DNA of 64,000 nucleotides from Alphaproteobacteria bacterium (GTDB lineage Bacteria; Pseudomonadota; Alphaproteobacteria; SMXP01): NCBI GenBank assembly GCA_028285305.1, contig JANQPV010000004.1, positions 41,685 to 105,684 of the forward strand, read 5' to 3'. Shown piece by piece: positions 58,586 to 64,000 of this stretch (position 1 is its first letter; each line of letters starts with the position of its first letter). The notes under the pieces were generated by a model. It saw only the letters and a program-made list of their open reading frames with translations, ran no database searches and was not told where the DNA came from. The position numbers and the translations under genes were made by a program.

Positions 58586-59773
58586 ATGAACGCTTTTATC
58601 CTTGAGCCCATGGGCACAACCACAGTTGGCGCGGGCAGTGTCGCCGAGGTCGCTCAGCACGTGCAGTCCCATGGCACCCGCGCCTTCGTTGTGAGCGACC
58701 CTGGCGTGCAATCGGCAGGGGTCTTAGACAATGTTACCAAGTCTTTGACTGGCGCTGACATTGGATTCGTGACATTCGTCGATGTCGATCCAAACCCAAC
58801 CGACGCGAATGTGGCCGCTGGGGTGGGTGCACTGCGCGAGTTTGGCTTGGAAGGGACCGTGATAGTGCTCGTCGGTGGCGGCTCAGTGATGGACTGCGGC
58901 AAATACATCGCCATGGCCGCACCGTCCGGCATTGACGACCTCTCGCTGGCGTTCTCACCGGACCTCGACGAGACAGACCAGATCGACTTTAACACCATTG
59001 CACCGGCGGCGCAGGTGAGCGCGCCCTGCCTGCCCACGGTGGCGGTTCCGACGACCTCCGGCACGGCATCCGAGACAAATGGCGGTGGACTGATTACCCA
59101 AAGCGCGGACCACCGCAAGCTGACCTTTGGCAACCCCGAAGTTAAGCCGCGGGCTGTGGTGCTGGACCCGATGCTGACTGTGGGACTCCCCGCGGGCGCA
59201 ACTGCCGCCTGCGGGATGGACGTGTTGACCCACGCCATCGAATGCTACACTTCCACACAATCAAACCCCTATGCCGACGGCCTAGCCCTGCAAGCCATCC
59301 GGCTTGCAGGCCAGTGGTTGCCTAAGGCTGTGGCCGAAGGCAGCGACGTGGAAGCGAGAACATCCATGCTGATAGCGTCCCACTTGGCGGGGCGCGCGTT
59401 TTCATCGGGGCCGCTCCTTGGCCTTGTCCATGCGACGGGACATCCTGTATCTGGGACTTACGGTGTGGCCCACGGGCAGACCCTTGCAACCATGCTCCCC
59501 CACGTGATGCGGTTCAATCTGGAGGTTGTCGCAGATAAATATGCGGACGTTGGCCTTGCCCTCGGCGCAGCTCACGACGCTCACGCGGCGATTGAAGCGG
59601 TGGAGAGGTTGTCCGCCACCGTCGGTACGAACCGCAGCCTGAATGACCTCGGCGCTTCAACCGCGGACATCGATGCGCTGACGACGGATGCGCTCCGTGA
59701 TATGATTATCCTGAACACGCCGCGCTATCCATCTCGCCAAGACGTCCGTGAGCTGTATGAGCTGGCGATGTGA
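58586..59773 (+). CDS. iron-containing alcohol dehydrogenase
   Basis: GGGSVMDCGK and metal-binding His motifs (HAIECY, HGQTLATMLPHV). RBS GAGGAGAA. Confidence 0.85.
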   Translation: MNAFILEPMGTTTVGAGSVAEVAQHVQSHGTRAFVVSDPGVQSAGVLDNVTKSLTGADIGFVTFVDVDPNPTDANVAAGVGALREFGLEGTVIVLVGGGSVMDCGKYIAMAAPSGIDDLSLAFSPDLDETDQIDFNTIAPAAQVSAPCLPTVAVPTTSGTASETNGGGLITQSADHRKLTFGNPEVKPRAVVLDPMLTVGLPAGATAACGMDVLTHAIECYTSTQSNPYADGLALQAIRLAGQWLPKAVAEGSDVEARTSMLIASHLAGRAFSSGPLLGLVHATGHPVSGTYGVAHGQTLATMLPHVMRFNLEVVADKYADVGLALGAAHDAHAAIEAVERLSATVGTNRSLNDLGASTADIDALTTDALRDMIILNTPRYPSRQDVRELYELAM

Positions 59774-59900
59774 CGGAAAGGATCTGACTCTCCTCAACCA
59801 TTTTTAGGGGACGAAACCACAAGGTTCGGCGCTTCGAATCAGCTGGCATCAGCCACCTGGAAACAGTACGGTCGCATGAGTGAACTCAAGGAGAAGCTGA

Positions 59901-60878
59901 ATGCGAGCGGCAGTATTTACAGGGCCCGGCGCCCCTCTGTCCATCCAGGACATCGACAAACCAAAGATCGCCGAGGACGAAATACTGGTCCGCGTGTCGC
60001 ACTGCGGCATCTGTGGTACGGACATCCATGCCTCGAGAGAGGGGCCATTTATGGCGCCGCCGAACACCGTATTCGGCCACGAGTTTTCAGGCGAAGTCGT
60101 AGAGGTCGGGAACGCGCTGACAGAAGGGTTGTTCTCGGTCGGTGACCGGGTGACGTCGTTGCCGTTCATCAAGGATCAGACGATCGGTCTGGGCGAGGTC
60201 ACCGGGGCCTACGCCGAATTCGTGAAGGTCGATCCCGCAAGTGTGGTGCGGATACCGTCAGAATTGGATGATCTAAACGGCGCGCTTGTGGAGCCTCTCG
60301 CGATTGGCCTGCATTCCGTGAAAATGGCAGAAGGTGTTGCCGAAAAGCAGATCCTCATCATCGGTGCGGGGCCGATCGGGCTGGCCTGTGCTATATGGTG
60401 CCGTTTCTTCGGTGCACGGAATGTTGTGATCAGCGAAATGTCCCCCGCCCGAATTGAAATGGCCAAAACCTTGGGCTTCAACGATATTGTCGATCCCAGT
60501 GGCGATGTGCAGGCCCAGTTTGCGAATATCACCGCAGGCGAGCCCGAGATTCAATTCGAATGCGTGGGCGCCCCTGGCATTCTCCGGGAGTGTATCGAGC
60601 GAGCACCCAACCGCGGCCTTATTATGGGTATCGGTCTGTGCGATCATCCCGACACCATTATGCCGCTCGTTGCATTTACGAAGGAACTCAGACTCCAGTG
60701 GGCACTGGCTTATGACAAGGAGGACTGGGACTTCACCATGCAGATGATGATTGACGGACGCATTGATGGCTCCCCGATGATCACCAATGTGGTATCCCTT
60801 GACGAACTGCCGGACGTCTTTGAAGCGCTCAGATCACCGACCGATCAGTGTAAGGTCATCATCGATTTGAGACGTTGA
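59901..60878 (+). CDS. zinc-dependent alcohol dehydrogenase (MDR family)
   Basis: GICGTDIH catalytic zinc motif and GAGPIGL Rossmann motif. Confidence 0.85.
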   Translation: MRAAVFTGPGAPLSIQDIDKPKIAEDEILVRVSHCGICGTDIHASREGPFMAPPNTVFGHEFSGEVVEVGNALTEGLFSVGDRVTSLPFIKDQTIGLGEVTGAYAEFVKVDPASVVRIPSELDDLNGALVEPLAIGLHSVKMAEGVAEKQILIIGAGPIGLACAIWCRFFGARNVVISEMSPARIEMAKTLGFNDIVDPSGDVQAQFANITAGEPEIQFECVGAPGILRECIERAPNRGLIMGIGLCDHPDTIMPLVAFTKELRLQWALAYDKEDWDFTMQMMIDGRIDGSPMITNVVSLDELPDVFEALRSPTDQCKVIIDLRR

Positions 60879-60978
60879 TTAAGGGGAACCAGCTTTGAAC
60901 AGCGCCGTCGAAGTGAAGAACGAGTTACTCGCAGTGGGCGGAAGAAGTCGCTCGCTTTGTTATCGGGGGGAGGTATTC

Positions 60979-61383
60979 ATGCGTTTTCTTGCAAGGCTGG
61001 TCTTTTTGCTCATCTTGTTGGTAGCCGTTGCGCTTGGTGGTTTGTTTATCGCCTCGGAGTCGGGTGAAGTCGTTGTGATTTCGACAGAAAATGACGATGG
61101 ACCGGCAACTACACGCATTTGGGTCATTGATCATAAGGACGCTCAATGGCTGCGAGGCAGTCCATCATCTGGTTGGGTACGCCGGATTTCCGAGAACCCA
61201 ACGCTGGAAATGGAGCGACAGGGCGTATCAGCCAAATACACCGCAACATTCGTTCCGGAAGAAATCTCCGAAATCAACAGGTTGACGGAGGAAAAGTATG
61301 GCTGGGCCAATCTTTATGTCCGCACGATCTTTCCTGTCGAAGATGGAGTCGCCATTCGCCTTGATGCTGTTGAAGAACAATGA
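60979..61383 (+). CDS. hypothetical membrane-anchored protein
   Basis: RBS GGGGGAGG. N-terminal TM FLARLVFLLILLVAVALGGLF. Confidence 0.4.
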   Translation: MRFLARLVFLLILLVAVALGGLFIASESGEVVVISTENDDGPATTRIWVIDHKDAQWLRGSPSSGWVRRISENPTLEMERQGVSAKYTATFVPEEISEINRLTEEKYGWANLYVRTIFPVEDGVAIRLDAVEEQ

Positions 61384-61583
61384 GTACGGGTCAGGTTGAA
61401 ACTTACTTATTGTCTTGAAACTGATTTGACGACCCAAACGGACTATCGGCAAACGCAATTTCAAGTTTCGAACAGCGGCGAGAAAATCGAACGTGGAGGA
61501 GCAATAAAGGTGACCATCCGGTCGCTGTTTCACGGTGGACAGCTCCTCCTCTTACCAGCTCGCGGCTTGCCGCAGGTCCAGGC

Positions 61584-62414
61584 CTAGGCATATCCTTGGG
61601 TGGAAATATAAGACTGCATCGCCGCGATGCGGTTTTGATCAGAGGGATGCGTCGACATGAACTCAGCCGGTCTCTGTCCGGAGCGCTTGGTCATCGTATC
61701 CCAGAAGCGCACGGCCTCGTTCGCCCGGTAGTTCGCATCCACCATAAAGTCCGCACCGAGACGATCAGCTTCATACTCATGCTTGCGCGAGTAAGGTAGA
61801 ATGACGCCAAACGTGACACCGGCACCCAAGATACCGGCAATCAAATTCCGCTGCTCAACATCGCCAACCGCAAGCGCAACGTTTGCGAGAGTTAAACCGC
61901 CGGCGGCGGCCATCTGCTGCGAGTAGCGTTCAGCCGCGTGCCGACCCACGACATGGCCGGCTTCGTGCCCCATCACGGTGGCGATTTGATCGTTATTCTC
62001 CATGATGTCTAAAAGGCCTGTGTGAAAGCCGACCTTTCCGCCCGGCATCACCCAAGCATTCACTGTGTCATCGTCGAAAACGACAAACTCCCAGTTTTGT
62101 TGCGTCAGATTGTGTTGGGGAAAGCGCTGATCTGCGGCGACGACAATTCGGTCGCCAACGCGCTCAACCTTCCGGCGAAGCGCCGGGTCAGAGGATTGCC
62201 TGTTTTCGCGTAGCGCCTGGGTCCATGATTGAGCCGCGAGTTGAGCGAGTTGGGCATCCGACACCAAAAGCAGTTGCTGGCGTCCCAGTGCCTCATTGGT
62301 GGTACAGCCCGAGAGGGACGGCCCTGCAAATGCGACGACCGAACCCGCCGCTAGACCGTTGACCAAATCGCGGCGCGACATTGTTACCGTCGGTTTTTCG
62401 CTCATCTCTTCCAT
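61584..62414 (-). CDS. M48 family zinc metallopeptidase (lipoprotein-like, Tat/Sec signal)
   Basis: HEAGHVVGRH (HExxH) with a downstream Glu. Start at the ATG at 62414 after GGAGGAGGGA. Signal with AFAGPSLSGC lipobox-like end. Confidence 0.75.
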   Translation of the reverse strand: MEEMSEKPTVTMSRRDLVNGLAAGSVVAFAGPSLSGCTTNEALGRQQLLLVSDAQLAQLAAQSWTQALRENRQSSDPALRRKVERVGDRIVVAADQRFPQHNLTQQNWEFVVFDDDTVNAWVMPGGKVGFHTGLLDIMENNDQIATVMGHEAGHVVGRHAAERYSQQMAAAGGLTLANVALAVGDVEQRNLIAGILGAGVTFGVILPYSRKHEYEADRLGADFMVDANYRANEAVRFWDTMTKRSGQRPAEFMSTHPSDQNRIAAMQSYISTQGYA

Positions 62415-62455
62415 TGATCTTCCCTCCTCCAACAATACAGCATGGCTATCGGGTG

Positions 62456-62935
62456 TCACGGTGTCCGCTGACACGGCGCACAAAAACCGGAAAACTCAAC
62501 GACCCGGCGATTGACAGCGAACCCAAGGCGCTTCGCGTCTTCATTTATGAGCGTTTCGACCTTCGGGTTTTCGATTTCCACTGCATCACCACACGACTCG
62601 CAAACCAGAAAGACACAAGTGTGATCATGGTCCGGATGGATACGGGCAACATACGCGTTGCGGCTTTCGATACGCGCCACGACACCCTGTTCACATAGGA
62701 AATCCAGCGTTCTGTATATGCTTGGAGGAGCGAATTCGCGATCGGATGCATCGGATAGCAGGTCCCGTAACTCGTAAGCGCCAACCGGCCGCTTTACCGA
62801 CCAGAGCGTCTTCAAAACCGCTTGTCGCAAAGGCGTCATCCGTGCGCCCCGCAAGCGGCAGACAGCGATTACCGAATCGAGTTCCTCCTCACAGGCGGAC
62901 GTTTCGTTCGTTGAGCAACGCTTGGGGTGAGACAT
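62456..62935 (-). CDS. zur: Fur family transcriptional regulator, zinc-uptake type (Zur)
   Basis: Fur fold with HDH and CxxC...CxxC metal sites. Divergent from a COG0523 GTPase gene. Confidence 0.8.
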   Translation of the reverse strand: MSHPKRCSTNETSACEEELDSVIAVCRLRGARMTPLRQAVLKTLWSVKRPVGAYELRDLLSDASDREFAPPSIYRTLDFLCEQGVVARIESRNAYVARIHPDHDHTCVFLVCESCGDAVEIENPKVETLINEDAKRLGFAVNRRVVEFSGFCAPCQRTP

Positions 62936-62958
62936 GCACAGGTCTGCTTCAGAAAACG

Positions 62959-62979
62959 TAATGTTATAATATTGCATTA
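62959..62979. promoter_or_regulatory. candidate Zur box
   Basis: Imperfect palindrome TAATGTTATAATATTGCATTA between zur and the COG0523 gene. It resembles the alphaproteobacterial Zur operator (AT-rich inverted repeat built on ATGTTAT...ATAACAT). Confidence 0.5.
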
Positions 62980-63043
62980 GATGATACAAAGTTCTATGAG
63001 TAACTGCAAGACGCATTTCACACATCCCGACACGGAAGACTCA

Positions 63044-64000
63044 ATGACACTAACTCCCACCACTGACACGCGCCTTCCCGTCACCGTTCTCTCCGGTTTC
63101 TTGGGCGCGGGCAAAACCACGTTGCTCAATAGGGTCTTGAACAATCGAGAGGGTCGTCGGGTTGCGGTGATCGTCAATGATATGTCCGAAGTCAATATCG
63201 ACGCCGACCTAGTCCGCTCAGGCACCGAACTAAGCCGGACGGATGAAACCCTTGTTGAGATGTCGAACGGATGTATCTGCTGCACATTACGAGACGATTT
63301 ACTCGCTGAAGTGCGCCGGCTCGCGGGGGAAGGCCGTTTTGACTACCTATTGATTGAATCAACGGGCATTTCTGAGCCCTTGCCGGTTGCCGCCACGTTC
63401 GATTTCCGTACCGAGGAGGGCGAAAGCCTGTCTGATGTGGCGCGCATCGACACGATGGTGACGGTTGTGGATGCGGTGAACTTGCTCAAGGATTTCTCAA
63501 GTCATGATTTCTTGCGTGACCGGGGCGAGGTCATGGGCGAGGAGGACGAACGCACTCTCGTTCATCTTCTGACGGATCAAATTGAGTTTTCCGATATCAC
63601 TATATTGAACAAAGTCGACGATGCCCGCCCAGAACAAGTGGATGCCGCACGCAAGATCATCCGGAGTCTGAACGCTGATGTTCAAATCATTGAAACGAAT
63701 TATTCTGATGTGCCGGCGGATGCGATCCTCGACACCGGTCTTTTCGATTTCGAGAAAGCGCACGAACATCCCATGTGGGCAAAAGAACTCTATGGATATG
63801 CGGACCATACGCCGGAAACGGAAGAATACGGCGTTACATCCTACGTCTACCGAGCTCGGCGACCTTTCGAACCCCAGGCGATCCACGAACTTTTGAATGG
63901 CCCTCTGCCCGGCGTGATCCGTGCCAAAGGACATTTTTGGATTGCAACCCGACCCGATTGGGTCGCGGAGTTTTCGCTGGCTGGCGCTCTGTCCAGCGTA
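63044..64000 (+). CDS. COG0523 / CobW-family GTPase (zinc metallochaperone ZigA/YeiR-like), 3'-truncated by the window end
   Basis: P-loop [12 protein letters not shown], CxCC motif (NGCICCTL) and ESTGISEP switch motif. Confidence 0.85.
   Translation, partial: MTLTPTTDTRLPVTVLSGFLGAGKTTLLNRVLNNREGRRVAVIVNDMSEVNIDADLVRSGTELSRTDETLVEMSNGCICCTLRDDLLAEVRRLAGEGRFDYLLIESTGISEPLPVAATFDFRTEEGESLSDVARIDTMVTVVDAVNLLKDFSSHDFLRDRGEVMGEEDERTLVHLLTDQIEFSDITILNKVDDARPEQVDAARKIIRSLNADVQIIETNYSDVPADAILDTGLFDFEKAHEHPMWAKELYGYADHTPETEEYGVTSYVYRARRPFEPQAIHELLNGPLPGVIRAKGHFWIATRPDWVAEFSLAGALSSV

Overview
This 64-kb window looks like alphaproteobacterial chromosomal DNA, mostly around 58-60% GC, with two or three lower-GC islets. 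Its backbone is the conserved origin-proximal block rho - (small ORF) - mnmE - mnmG - rsmG - parA - parB on the minus strand, with parS-like 16-mers embedded in it. On the plus strand sits the conserved PPDK-regulator - maf - aroE - coaE - dnaQ block. The rest is accessory metabolism: IorAB-type molybdenum aldehyde dehydrogenase, two acyl-CoA dehydrogenases, an M19 dipeptidase, several GNATs and alpha/beta hydrolases, and SDRs. There are also an RND efflux pair, a copper amine oxidase with an HDAC-like amidohydrolase, a CocE/NonD hydrolase, Fe- and Zn-alcohol dehydrogenases, an M48 peptidase and a Zur/COG0523 zinc module. Regulators present are LysR, MarR, AraC and three TetR. Several regulator-gene intergenic regions carry clear palindromic candidate operators. 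The most interesting locus is a roughly 3-kb low-GC islet at about 29.2-32.2 kb. It encodes a Cys-free, Tyr/Phe/Asp/Asn-rich candidate precursor peptide immediately followed by a radical-SAM/SPASM enzyme with an N-terminal RRE-like extension. I read this as a putative RiPP (cyclophane/triceptide-like) biosynthetic locus with no recognisable peptidase or exporter. Other notable objects are a 940-aa RTX-type calcium-binding repeat protein built from five diverged 336-bp tandem units, and a 605-aa secreted protein with four Cys/Trp-containing ~105-aa repeats of unknown fold. There is also a cluster of GC-rich REP-like palindromes between an acyl-CoA dehydrogenase and the dipeptidase. I recognised no rRNA, tRNA, CRISPR array or obvious transposase.
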